Below are positions 12,406 through 24,996 of a stretch of DNA of 64,000 nt, piece by piece. How positions within the stretch are numbered: position 1 is the first letter of the stretch; each line of letters begins with the position of its first letter. Where the stretch lies: the NCBI GenBank assembly GCA_950097015.1, contig CATNEN010000010.1, forward strand, positions 1,922,001-1,986,000. The letters are read 5' to 3'. The notes under the pieces are model-generated. The model was given only the letters and a program-made list of their open reading frames with translations. It was not told where the DNA came from and searched no databases. The translations under genes were made by a program, and so were the position numbers. The stretch comes from Macrostomum hystrix. Taxonomy: Eukaryota > Animalia > Platyhelminthes.

Positions 12406-12812
12406 CAGTGGCGCAACCAGGTTTTGCCTTAGGGGGCAGTCTTTGTGTACATTGCCCTTTGTGTACATTGCCCCACGGGCTGAAAAGGGGCTGCCGCCAG
12501 GTGGAGCGCGCTCTGTTTTGCGGTTTTCGCCCACCATTCCTGGGCCAATTTCAAGGGCAGGTAGGGTAGGGCCTAGACAATTTAAAAGGTTTAAAAAATC
12601 AGAATGCATGCACAATTATAATGAAAGCTTGAAAATTAGTATATGACAAATGGTCTTGGACTTGGTCTTTGGTCTATGTACATTGGACTTGGGGGACAGG
12701 GAATGCGATAAGGTAATAAATTAAGAAACATCTTGGCTTGCCCTTTGTGTACATTGCCCCACGGGACGAAGGGGGGGGCGGCCACCACCCCTACCCCCTG
12801 GTTGCGCCACTG
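12406..12812. mobile_element. Non-autonomous hAT-type DNA transposon, 407 bp
   Basis: Perfect 16-bp TIRs CAGTGGCGCAACCAGG / CCTGGTTGCGCCACTG; 8-bp TSD CTAATAGC (12398-12405) / CTGATAGC (12813-12820), 7 of 8 identical. Confidence 0.88.
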
Positions 12813-12958
12813 CTGATAGCATTGTTCCACAAGAGTTAGGCTATTGGTAGGACAGGTGGTTTAGAGGCACATTATCGAATTGAATTTCTTAATGGCTTAG
12901 TAAGCACAATCAAGAGTATTATATAAACTGTGCATCAAAACTCTGCAGCCTCATAAAA

Positions 12959-13877
12959 ATGCTTCGATGTCAAGTTGCATTGAGGACTTCCATCAGAGGA
13001 CGACAGTTCGCCACTACCACTGCTCCATCAATTCAGTCGGACCCAGACATGCCTCTGTCTGACATGCCAGATCCATATAAGAAGCCAATAAAGAAGTGTG
13101 TTCTCTGCCAGCAGGATGTGCCACTTGACTACAAGGTGTGTTGCAGTCAAATTTCATAACTAGAAACATTCCAGACTAATAAAAAAGCACCGAACACACT
13201 TCATTCACCCTTAATGCACCCAACCAATTACAATTACAAAGCAACTATCACTTTTCTGCTTCTGATTAATAAAAATTTACCAAATTTACCAAGCCCTTTA
13301 CCTTGGCTCCTGACCAACTAGAAGGCCCAAACCCTATACCTTGGCTCCCAGCCAATCGCAAGACACCACACCCTATACTTCGGCTCTCGAGCAATAACAA
13401 GACACCAAACCTTCTAATCTCAGTTCCCAGGGGATCGCAAAACACTACACTTTTCCTCAACTTCAGACTAATTAAAAGCGCAATCATTTTCTTCCATCCT
13501 AAACTCCCGACCAATCAGAGAATCTAACTGCCATCTCAGCCCCTGACTATCTGCGAATCACAACTCACTAGTCTGCTTCCAACCAATCGCAGAACGCCCG
13601 CCTCCTAAGCCAGTTTTTGTCGCCATACACCGGTCGAGTTTACGGCCGCCACATCACCGGTCTGTGCCAGCCAATGCAGGAGCGAATCAGCGAGCTAATA
13701 GTTAAGTCTCAAAAATTCGGCTACATGTCGCAGAACACCAAGGAGACATTCTTCCTTAGTGACCCGGCCCTGTTTAGAAATCCCCTATCCGGACCCACTG
13801 CTCCAAGGCCGGCCGCTGCCGCGGGTTCCGGTGGGCGTAAGGCACAAACGGATTCGACTAGCGAGCCTGAGAAATAA
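12959..13877 (+). CDS. MRPS18C: Mitochondrial ribosomal protein S18C (bS18m)
   Basis: Exons 12959-13135 (AAG|GTGTG) and 13593-13877 (ATCGCAG|AAC) give [45 protein letters not shown], the S18c signature, after an Arg-rich presequence. Confidence 0.93.
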
Positions 13878-14251
13878 ACACGGCATGAAGTATTCTATGA
13901 CTGCTTGCTTTACATAAATCTAGCTTTTAGTATCGTGCTCTTTCTAGTTTTTCCGCGCTCGATTGACGACTTAGCTTGTCATAAGCTCATGCAAAAATAC
14001 AATATGCCCCATGTGGTCATCAGCTTTTCGTGTTTACTAAATTATTGATCTGTTGAAGAATGCGAGTGCATTTTGCTATAAAAATCTTTCAGAAAATTTG
14101 TTTGTTCTTGTTTACTTTGCCATTTTTTTGGCTGGTCTATTCACACCTAAAAGTATGCCGGTGTCTTCTGGGTTTCTGCCCCTTTTTGTTCTCGGAGCGA
14201 AAAAAACGCTTTCTAGGGCTCTAACCCTGGATCTTCCGCAAGCCCATTCTT

Positions 14252-15202
14252 GGGTTTTAACCCTGGAAGTTCCAAAAGTATCTTCTATGGTTCTAACCCT
14301 GGAAGTTCCAAACGTTTCTTCTGTGGTTCTAACCCAGGAAGTTCCAAACGTTTCTTCTGTGGTTCTAACCCAGGAAGTTCCAAATGTTTCTTCTGTGGTT
14401 CTAACCCAGGAAGTTCCAAATGTTTCTTCTGTGGTTCTAACCCAGGAAGTTCCAAATGTTTCTTCTGTGGTTCTAACCCAGGAAGTTCCAAATGTTTCTT
14501 CTGTGGTTCTAACCCAGGAAGTTCCAAATGTTTCTTCTGTGGTTCTAACCCAGGAAGTTCCAAACGTTTCTTCTGTGGTTCTAACCCAGGAAGTTCCAAA
14601 CGTTTCTTCTGTGGTTCTAACCCAGGAAGTTCCAAACGTTTCTTCTGTGGTTCTAACCCAGGAAGTTCCAAATGTTTCTTCTGTGGTTCTAACCCAGGAA
14701 GTTCCAAATGTTTCTTCTGTGGTTCTAACCCAGGAAGTTCCAAACGTTTCTTCTGTGGTTCTAACCCAGGAAGTTCCAAATGTTTCTTCTGTGGTTCTAA
14801 CCCAGGAAGTTCCAAATGTTTCTTCTGTGGTTCTAACCCAGGAAGTTCCAAACGTTTCTTCTGTGGTTCTAACCCAGGAAGTTCCAAATGTTTCTTCTGT
14901 GGTTCTAACCCAGGAAGTTCCAAATGTTTCTTCTGTGGTTCTAACCCAGGAAGTTCCAAACGTTTCTTCTGTGGTTCTAACCCAGGAAGTTCCAAATGTT
15001 TCTTCTGTGGTTCTAACCCAGGAAGTTCCAAATGTTTCTTCTGTGGTTCTAACCCAGGAAGTTCCAAACGTTTCTTCTGTGGTTCTAACCCAGGAAGTTC
15101 CAAATGTTTCTTCTGTGGTTCTAACCCAGGAAGTTCCAAATGTTTCTTCTGTGGTTCTAACCCAGGAAGTTCCAAAAGTGTCTTCTATGGTTCTAACCCT
15201 GG
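14252..15202. repeat. 36-bp minisatellite (GGTTCTAACCCAGGAAGTTCCAAAYGTTTCTTCTGT), about 26 copies
   Basis: Direct reading; source of ORFs 14053..15219, 14250..15224 and 14285..15175. Confidence 0.97.
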
Positions 15203-16298
15203 CTGTACTACACCGGTAGAATAGTCTGACAGTTTAGATAAAAGCAAAAGACCTTTTTTCAAAATGTGTCTGTGAGCAATGGTCTGTGAGCCTTTACCAT
15301 TGGCTGTCTCGAATGTTGTTGGCAAGTTCAAGAAATGGAAAGAAAATAAATATTCTTGAATTTGACACTTGCCCACAGGGCGCAAACAAACATCTAGATA
15401 GTTTTTGTCTCATAAGGAGAGAAGCTGGATACTAGATGCTATAATTGATGGTCCAGATTTAATAGTTTTCAACTTGATATCAATATAACAAACAGTTGCG
15501 CATTGGTTAGACAAATTGTAAATGATGAGGAACGAGGAAAATCGTCATTTTCACCACACCTGCACATTTGGTGACTTAGCTGCTCAGGCTTAATCGAATG
15601 CTCAAGTTTCTCCTATAATAGTGACGATTTTGTGGATTCTATTTTATCGATATCTATCGCTCAACCTAGCTCGAAAATGAGTTTTCATGTGCAGGCTCCT
15701 TAATGAAGTTCGATCGTTTAAAATAAAAAAATTACGTTTTGAGAAAAAATATGGTTTTATGGGAAAATCTGGCATGACATGTTGCGCGTCATTGCCTTAA
15801 ATAATGAAAAGGGCGAGCTTACATTTGAATATTTCATCTAAGAAAACTTATATGCACTGTGTTCCATCAAAAAAGTTATTTGGCAGAAGAGAACTACAAA
15901 AGATACGCACCGTGTGCGAGCACTTCAGGACGCTCACTGTATACCCTTTTATATAGCTGCTAGTCGCAAGAAAATATCTGCTCATGTCCCACTATTACTT
16001 TTATACTTGTAATAGAAGAGTAATCACATATATAAGTTACTTATGCGAGCGAAAGTTGTATAGCTTTATAGCACATAATAAAAGAAAAGCGAACCGCTTG
16101 TGTGCCATCGAATTCTGATTAAGATTAACCTGGAATAATAAATTTACATAACGCCACGAGCCCACTGGACTAACAAATGTACCTTATTTACTTTGGCCTG
16201 AAGCAGCGCAGGTCAGTGGGTTATTTACCTTAGCTATGCTATATACGATTTTAGAAAATCTAACAGTTGCAATCATAAAATGTGCATCCGCCAGCCAA

Positions 16299-18139
16299 TT
16301 AACTGACGTCCAGCTTGGTGAAGGTGCCCGCGATGCCCATGCTGGGATCCGCGGTGTCCTCGTACGTCTTCAGGTAGTCCTTGGTGGTCGGCAGCCGCTT
16401 GGACTCGTCCACCTCGATGAGTGCCAGCTTGGCTCGCTCCGCCTGCGCCTCGGCGCTCATGAACTGGACGGCTCGATCGGCTGGAAATACGAGCGTATTC
16501 CAAAGGGGCCATGAGTGCCGCTATTCCAAAAGCGTGTTTTGAGTGTTTTCTGCAGGCCGTTCCGTTAGTGTGTGTTCTAGCCCAGGTTGTTCCACCATCG
16601 TATTCTGATGTACTTATCGTTGTTGCTCCATGATCGTATTTTGATCATGGCTGTTCCGCGACCGTATTTGAAGTTTCGCTCTCAGACTGTTAAGTGTATC
16701 TTCTGTCTTATTTTTATTTAGTGGCCTCTGACCCCTTGAGGCTGAAACTAGATACAAGAACCACTGGACCCTACACGGCCATTTAAGCAGTGGCCATACT
16801 TCTTATATACTAAAACTCGCATTTCGTTGGTGTTTTAATAATTTGCGGTCTATAATTAGAATGGCTAAGGACATGACTTTCTTTAAGCAATTGACCTACC
16901 AAGAAGTTCCGCAATTGGTCGATTCTGGCCACCCATATCCGGTGGCAGCAGCCGCTCAGCTCCGGGCCCCACGGCCTTCTTCAGCTTGCTAAAGTCCGTC
17001 CCACATCGGTAGAGCTGCGTGTTAGAGTTTAGATTGAGTCTTGTTAGTTCTTCATTGTCTGCTGCTGTCTCTCAGAACAATGTCACTTGAGCTCACCCTC
17101 TTGCGCAGCTTCTCCTTGAGGAAGGGCGCAATGATGCGGAACATGATCTCGAAGAAGGCCGGCTCGTGCCAGTACACCAGCGCCTTGGTGCGCACCGGGA
17201 ACGCGTCCTGCCAGTTGCGCATCATCTTGAAGGCCACCCGGGGATTCTCCCAGGCCTGCGTCTGCTTCTTGTTGGCGTTCTTCATGTTCATGATGAACCG
17301 GCAACCGTTGATCTGCACCTTCTCCGGAACCACGATAGTGTCGGCGCTCATGTAGGCAAAGCGCGCCATGTCGTTGAAGGGCAGTCGATCTGGATCATAG
17401 TTATCTGGAAAAGAGCGCAAGCGAGTCTGTGTTTAACAAAATATGTTCTTGTGACTTGTCTGCATCGCCATTCATGGGTTCATGGAGAGCGCGAAAAGTG
17501 CCCATGTTGTACCCGGTAAATAACTCACCCATCGTAGACATGACGACTGCTTCACCATCGTCGTTGTAGCCCAAGAAGATGTTCATTCTGAGTTTAATTT
17601 CGTAAAAAAATATATAATCCTAAATATATGACCATATTATGGTCTGAACGTTAAGGACTGATAGCTTCATCCATACTCACGGCATCTTGAGACATTCCTG
17701 AAGCAGGGGAGAGTCCAGCGGCAGCGGCTCGAACCACTCGGGTGAGCCGCGTGGCGACTTCCGCACGGTGCAGAAATTGTCCAGCAGCTGCTGGGCGCGG
17801 CTCTGGTCAAACTTGGCAGTGCGGAGGAAGCGAAGGAGAAAGGCATCATCTGGATTTAATGGAGACAAGGAATAAAGATTCAGCTATCGTGGCCTTTAAG
17901 AACATAAATTGTTTTTCTTAACCCGTAAAAGGCATTACAACAAAATAATTGAAGCCGACAGGTGTCGCCTTGCCTGTTCGGCAGGTCAGATGCGGCGCGC
18001 TTGTCAGCCAGCGTCTCAGCGAGGCGATGTGCGCCCGCACCTGCTCGGGATTCTCGTGAAGCTCCTTCTGCGCCTTCTTGATGTCCTTCGGATCCACGCC
18101 CTCGTAGTTGTAGACATTTTCACCTTCTGCATCGGCCAT
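16299..18139 (-). CDS. CRAL-TRIO lipid-binding protein (alpha-TTP/clavesin/RLBP-like), paralog A, 332 aa
   Basis: Exons 18139-17974, 17849-17681, 17587-17529, 17404-17097, 17014-16900, 16480-16299 (166+169+59+308+115+182 = 999 nt). Motifs DDAFLLRFLRTAKFD, QINGCRFIMN, WQDAFPVRTKALVY, LLPPDMGG. Intron 1 needs a GC donor. Confidence 0.92.
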
Positions 18140-19554
18140 CTTGTTCTAGTTCTAATTAGAGATCTGTGAGAACTTTTTTCTCTACGCTTGGCAGTGAGTG
18201 AGAGTCTCGTGTTGACAGCGCCCGATCCTGGCCGTGGTGGAGCTGCGGAGGGCAGTTTATTTTATTTTCTCCCGTCTCTCCTCGCTAACCGTTTCTGTTT
18301 TTAGTGGCCCTATCAGCTAGCAGTCTCGCACGGCGCATTGTGTCTGTTCTGCTTCTCACCAACCCCTTCCCGCTCAGTCCCTTCTCTCCTCCCAGTCTCT
18401 GAGTATATCCACTTCAGCTATTATTGTGTTGTAACTACAGTACATTGATATAGGCATAACTAACTGCGCCTTCGCTGTGTAAATTCTGTGGGGTGCTTCG
18501 CAGCGACCGGCAGGCACAGGGGGGTGACGGTGCGGGGACAGACTCAGCTCTCGGTGGCAGCTGGTGCCACCCCCCAGCAGCGCTGGCTTTTGTTGCGTCT
18601 CAGCTCAGCGATCCCGCATGTCAGCCCGCATTTCAGCCCGCATGTCAGCGCGCCTGTCACCCCGCAGAGCCGCTGATTCTAGAATTCTAAAAGGCTGACG
18701 CCCGGGGCACGCTCGTATGGCTTAACCAAGGTCTCGGCATTTAATGCTTGCTGGCCTTGCGGCAAATATTCCACTGTAAGCTGACAAAAGTGCAGAGCTA
18801 TCGCTACTGTACCAACGCTTGACGCAGAACTAGTAGCAGGCCCTATCGCTATTCATTTATTGAGGGTATTATCTTATCTACCAAATAACACAGCGATATC
18901 ATCATCAGCGATGGCATATTTGTCAAATTCATAACTACCACATTAGCCCTACTCTGTTCCTGGCCAATTGCAGAACACCTAAACTCCTCGATTAATCAGC
19001 CTTTTCTCTTATATTATGCTTGTAAAATCTTTGAGTCGATCTCAAAGGTAAAAAGAGGGAAAGCATCAGACGATCTCGTTGCGTTCAGACAAACGAGTAG
19101 TTAGCACAATGTTCTAACGTGCACTTTTTGAAGCGCAGAAAAACAACACGTGATTATAGCAAAACAAAGCAATTTTTAATGATGGATGGAAAAAGGAGGG
19201 GGAATAGTTGGTTTTATATAATAACGCCTGTTATTATTGGCTAACAATTTTCTTGTCATCTTCGCCTTATAGTCTATGGTCAAAGCCTGTCTGCCTCCGA
19301 TTCGACGGCAATTTTCCGCCAGTTTAAAAGTTTTTATACTTTAAGTTGCGTAATTTCTTTAGACGAAAGTGAATAAACAATGAATAAAGCCAGAACGACT
19401 CTGTTTATAAAAAAGCTTGGTAGTCATAGAGACCGTATTAAAAAGAATAATTTGAGTCAATCGGCGCTTCAGCTCAATAAATATCCCAGTTTTTTTTACC
19501 CAATTAGTTCGTATATAAAAATGCCTGCGGGCAGACATTAAATATGCCAGCCAA

Positions 19555-22500
19555 TTAACTGACGTCCAGCTTGGTGAAGGTGCCCGCGATGCCCATGCTG
19601 GGATCCGCGGTGTCCTCGTACGTCTTCAGGTAGTCCTTGGTGGTCGGCAGCCGCTTGGACTCGTCCACCTCGATGAGTGCCAGCTTGGCTCGCTCCGCCT
19701 GCGCCTCGGCGCTCCTGAACTGGACGGCTCGATCGGCTGGAAATGAAGTGACGAAAATGTAATCGAGATTGCCACTGAAATCCAATTTCAATTATCTCTG
19801 TATCGACCCAGCGACTGCAATCCTCAAGCTACGTAAAGGCTTTCCAAGAATGATAGTTATGGCGATGCCTTTTGGGACCTAGACCTTCTTTTGCAAATAT
19901 GCTAGATTCAAAAAGTTAAATATTACCTGCATACCCGGCTATCGAATGAGGTTTTCTAACCCTGGCTTCATCTTTGATTTACAGTGGTTGAAGGTGGGTG
20001 GCTAGCACAAAATCTCCAGACTTTCTCAGTGATAGGTGATGCAGTGTGCCCTAGAACCGTATCGTCACTAAAGCCCTACCTGGGATCTGGGAGTGCAACC
20101 TAGAACATGTTGAAGAGCCTTCAAGCTTTCTCCACTCCACACTGCTATGTCAAATCTCCAGACTTTAGGCCTCATCGTGTTTCTACTGACTTTCTATTGA
20201 CATTCGATGGAAATCCTACCGACAAGCTCTGCGATTGTCCGGTTCTTGCCGCCCATCTCTGTTGGCAGCAGGCGCTCGGCTCCAGGACCCACCGCCTTCT
20301 TCAGCTTACTGAAGTCCGTGCCGCACCGGTGGATCTGAAAAAAACGCAAATGGTTTTTGCACCCATCAGGAGCCAATCCCCAGTCACGCAGAGAAGGCTT
20401 GGGGCTTTCGGGACCCAAAAGCACAGATAGTGTACATTGCCTGACGATGCAAAAGCCAGGACAGATGTGCACAGCAGCTTAAGTGTGCCTGCGTACGGAT
20501 CCGTGTGCGTGCTCAGGGGTCAGGCCAGAATGGGCCAGATTAATTGCCTCCTCGCTGGCTGCGAGGGCCCACAACCCCTCTCCGAACATTGTTTTATTCA
20601 AGGAAATGCTAAATTTCTGCTGGATGATTCCTGAGTATTACTTGAGGAGCCTCAATTGAACAGTCTGTCTCACCCTCTTGCGCAGCTTCTCCTTGAGGAA
20701 GGGCGCAATGATGCGGAACATGATCTCGAAGAAGGCCGGCTCGTGCCAGTACACCAGCGCCTTGGTGCGTATCGGGAACGCGTCCTGCCAGTTGCGCATC
20801 ATCTTGAAGGCCACCCGGGGATTCTCCCAGGCCTGCATCTGCTTCCTGTTGGCATTCTTCAGGTTCATGATGAACCGGCACCCGTTGATTTGCATCTTCT
20901 CCGGGGTCATAACCGTGTCCGCGTTCATGTAGGCGAAGCGCGCCAAATCGTTGAAATCCACTCGGTCGGGATCGTAGTTATCTGGAAAAGTCGCAAGATT
21001 AGTCTTTGCTGCATAAGTAAAGGGTGCTTCTGCTGCAGATTGGCCATCCTTACGTCACACAATGCGCTCCGCTCCACGAACCACTTCTCACTCCCCTCCC
21101 CTTGCTCCTTGAACCCCTGTATGAACTGACACCCCACTCCCCTTTGCTCCCCGAACCCCTCCTCATCAATACCTCACTCCCCTCCACCTTTTGCTGATCG
21201 AACCCCTTGTCATCACCCACCTCACTCCCCTTCTCCCTTTGCTAATCGAACCTCTTCTTAGCATCCACCTCACTCCCCTCCACCTTTTGCTAATCGAACC
21301 CCTTGTCATCACCCACCTCACTCCCCTTCACCTTTTACTAATCGAACCCCTTGTCATCACCCACCTCACTCCCCTCCACCATTTGCTCATCGAACACCTT
21401 CTTAGCATCCACCTCGCTCCCCTCCCTTCACTTCACGAGCCTCTATCACGAGCCAGAGTCCTTCGAATTCTAGATGTTTTGTTATTACTCGTAAACGGTC
21501 AATTCTGAGTTTTCCTGCCGACCTAGTTTTAGCTGCTGCTCTAAGCAAGAACAGCGCATCGCTTATAGGGTACTCTTCACTGCAGTCCTCTGTCTCTTTG
21601 ACTATTGTCAAATGCACCTGAGTGTACACAACAGATAGCTGTGCCAGCTAGACTCTTTTCAACAGAATATCTGTGAAGCTGAAAAAAACGAAATAATTAC
21701 TTAAACCTGCGCATTTAACTCACTGCTGGATGTTGGGTGACTCAGCCTCATTAGAATTTTATATTCAGAAAGCAGCGCTGATATCTAGCCCTTATAACTT
21801 GAACTGATGCTGTTCTGCTCATGTCTGCCTCATATCAGCAAAGAGAACAAGGCAAACCAACTTGGATAATACATGGCTTCATGCATGCTTAACTCACCCA
21901 TCGAAGAAACGATGATTCCTTCGCCATCATCGTTATAGCCCAAGAAGATGTTCATCCTGAGCGATATGGTGGGTTGCTGAGAGGCTGAGGCAAATGTATA
22001 TTAACGGCTTCATGTGGCTAACTTGGTTCTTCAACAGCATTGAACCAGCATGCCTAGTATACTCACGGCATCTTGAGACACTCCTCAAGCACTGGCGAGT
22101 CCAGCCGCAGCGGCTCGAACCACTCGGGCGCTCCCCGCGGCGACTTCCGCACGGTGCAGAAATTGTCCAGCAGCTGCTGGGCGCGGCTCTGGTCGAACTT
22201 GGCGGTGCGGAGGAAGCGCAGGAGGAACGCGTCGTCTGGAAATTTGAATGATTTTGAACAGTGCACTGCCATGATCTTGCTTTCCCATAGGCTCAATCCA
22301 AATTTCCGCCGCCGCCCCACAAAAGCCTGAATTTGCTACGAACTTAAATTCATAGCCCAACGTCAACGACTGAAACAAAAAAGAAGTTGTGGCCTCACCT
22401 GTTCTGCAGGTGAGATGCGGCGCGCTTGTCAGCCAGCGTCTGAGCGAGGCGATGTGCGCCCGCACCTGCTCGGGATTCTCGCGCAGCTCCTTCTGCGCCT

Positions 22501-22561
22501 TCTTGACGTCCTTCGGATCCACGCCTTCGTAGTTGTACACATTTTCACCTTCAGCGGCCAT
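19555..22561 (-). CDS. CRAL-TRIO lipid-binding protein, paralog B, 331 aa
   Basis: Exons 22561-22399, 22235-22067, 21956-21898, 20981-20674, 20334-20220, 19736-19555, all GT-AG, with the same sizes and phases as paralog A (exon 1 is one codon shorter). Confidence 0.94.
21180..21430. repeat. Degenerate ~48-bp pyrimidine-rich tandem repeat in intron 3 of paralog B
   Basis: CTAATCGAACCCCTTGTCATCACCCACCTCACTCCCC... about 5-6 copies; explains ORF 21191..21508. Confidence 0.85.
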
Positions 22562-23214
22562 CTTTGAGACTATCCGATTTTGAGATCTTTGCCAACGTTG
22601 TTCTGCTCCGTGAGTAGTGTTCTCTGAACGCTTCTCAGACTGCTCAGTCCTGGCCTCGATGACTGTTTGAGTTGCGGCGGGCAGTTTTTCTATTTATTCT
22701 CTCTCTCTGTCTCCAACTGTTTCTGTGTCTGTCAGCCGTATCAGTATTTAGTGTTGCACAGTGCAAGCCCATTGTGTTCCAGGCCAAACCTGCCACCCCA
22801 GGCTGTGGCCACTTGAGCAATTGTTGTGCTGTTGCGCATTTGGTTGTTTTATCGCGCACGGAGACCTGCAGGCATAGGGTGAGACGGGGCTGGTATACAA
22901 GCTCAGCTGTAGCTTTCGCAACTTGCAGCTGCTGCTTTTTGGCTGCCGCTCTGCTAAGGGCGATCCCGCACGTCAGTGAACAGCCTGCATCCCACAGGGG
23001 GCCGCGCGGCCGTGCACTTTTGTTTTGTTCTTTTGTGAGGTTTAACTGCTCTGGCGGGATCGACCCAAGTCTAAAACATTGCCCTTGGTCTTCATGACGG
23101 TGCCCTTAATGAAATTCTTCTCAAGATCTTCTGATTGGTTTGGAGCTAAATTAGTACCTGCCATTTAATCTATAAAATGTAAGCTGATAGAGTTTAACCT
23201 TGCTAAGGGACGCA

Positions 23215-23297
23215 GATTGTTCAAGTTGAGTCAGGAATCGAACCCCATACCTTAAATTCGTGAGTCCGGCGCGCTAACCAGTAGGCTACAACCCCCT
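23215..23297 (-). mobile_element. tRNA-derived SINE head fragment
   Basis: The reverse complement GGTTGTAGCCTACTGGTTAGCGCGCCGGACTCACGAA...GGGGTTCGATTCC has A and B boxes and matches the head of the SINE at 52948. Confidence 0.7.
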
Positions 23298-23679
23298 GAA
23301 TATCATTATCAATAGTCTTTTAAAAAACTACACGTGCTACTTATCTCGAACAGTAGTATCAGTAGCCATCCCAAGTGCCAAACCAAATCTCATTTGGGCA
23401 CGCCGCGACGACTTACGACTGCGACGTGAGAATTTTGTTAATGACGTCCTCTGAGCCAGCTTGCAAGCCACTGCTGTATGGCATGCGGTTTGACTTCTAT
23501 TAGCAGAAACGCTTAGCATGAGTGGCCAATGTGGCTGTCAATTTCCAGGGAAAGCAATACTTTGACCTAGTCTCGGTCTCAATTGCACGGCTAATTGGAG
23601 TTAAAAGGTCCGCAATCATCACTCTCACGATTTTAACCACTTTCAGTTTTTACATTGCTAAACCACAGAAGCTGTTCAG

Positions 23680-24478
23680 AACAGCTGCCAGAATCGTAGC
23701 AAGAGCAGCAGCTAGAATCGTAGCAAGAGCAGCAGCTAGAATCGTAGCAAGAGCAGCAGCTAGAATCGTAGCAAGAACAGCAGCTAGAATCGTAGCAAGA
23801 GCAGCAGCTAGAATCGTAGCAAGAGCAGCAGCTAGAATCGTAGCAAGAGCACCAGCTAGAATCGTAGCAAGAGCAGCAGCTAGAATCGTAGCAAGAGCAC
23901 CAGCTAGAATCGTAGCAAGAGCAGCAGCTAGAATCGTAGCAAGAACAGCAGCTAGAATCGTAGCAAGAGCAGCAGCTAGAATCGTAGCAAGAGCAGCAGC
24001 TAGAATCGTAGCAAGAGCAGCAGCTAGAATCGTAGCAAGAACAGCAGCTAGAATCGTAGCAAGAGCAGCAGCTAGAATCGTAGCAAGAGCAGCAGCTAGA
24101 ATCGTAGCAAGAACAGCAGCTAGAATCGTAGCAAGAACAGCAGCTAGAATCGTAGCAAGAACAGCAGCTAGAATCGTAGCAAGAGCAGCAGCTAGAATCG
24201 TAGCAAGAGCAGCAGCTAGAATCGTAGCAAGAACAGCAGCCAGAATCGTAGCAAGAGCAGCAGCTAGAATCGCAGCAAGAACAGCAGCTAGAATCGTAGC
24301 AAGAACAGCAGCTAGAATCGTAGCAAGAGCACCAGCTAGAATCGTAGCAAGAACAGCAGCCAGAATCGTAGCAAGAACAGCAGCTAGAATCGTAGCAAGA
24401 GCAGCAGCTAGAATCGTAGCAAGAGCAGCAGCTAGAATCGTAGCAAGAACAGCAGCTAGAATCGTAGCAAGAGCAGCA
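23680..24478. repeat. 24-bp minisatellite (AGAATCGTAGCAAGARCAGCAGCT), about 33 copies
   Basis: Direct reading; source of ORF 23522..24493. Confidence 0.97.
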
Positions 24479-24862
24479 ACGCCATACCGCTAGAAATGTA
24501 CTTTATCGAGTAACATTAATCGAACTACTGTGGTCTGCTGCCTGGTTGTGAGTCTGTGTGAAATTAACCGTACTCAAAGAAATAACATTTATTGGCATTC
24601 ATATTCTCAAAAGCTTAAAGCTTAAAGCTGAAAAGCTTAATTCGTGCAACTAAGGCGTTCCACATTGCATATTAAAAACCGTCTTGTCCACACGCGCATT
24701 GACGAATGGTTTGGTCACTAGCTGAGGCAAAATAATGCCAGGATTTACCATAGAAAGCGTGCAATAATGATATAGTAATAAACGGCTATGAGTGCTGCAA
24801 TGTTTTTAACAATGGTTTAAAACTTTGCAGTAAGAATAGCCGTTTATCACTGGCATTGTATA

Positions 24863-24996
24863 CTTTTGGACCACAGACAGTCGGGGCGTGCAACAATCAG
24901 TCTCACGGAGCGGATATAGCCAGCGGTCTCGCGGGGCGTGCAGCAATCGATTATTTTGTCGATTGGTGCACGCCCGAAATGTCTATGGTCCAAAAG
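24863..24996. mobile_element. 134-bp MITE with ~36-bp TIRs and TA TSD (Tc1/mariner-type); related copy at ~25076-25232
   Basis: CTTTTGGACCACAGACAGTCGGGGCGTGCAACAATC vs GATTGGTGCACGCCCGAAATGTCTATGGTCCAAAAG, with TA on both flanks. Confidence 0.75.

Noticed and set aside
14053-15224. Long ORFs of 296-388 aa in three frames
   Set aside because: Artefacts of a 36-bp tandem repeat with no stop codons in those frames; no unique domain content.
16236-22330. Plus-strand and alternate-frame ORFs over the CRAL-TRIO exons
   Set aside because: Shadows of the minus-strand exons; no independent motifs.
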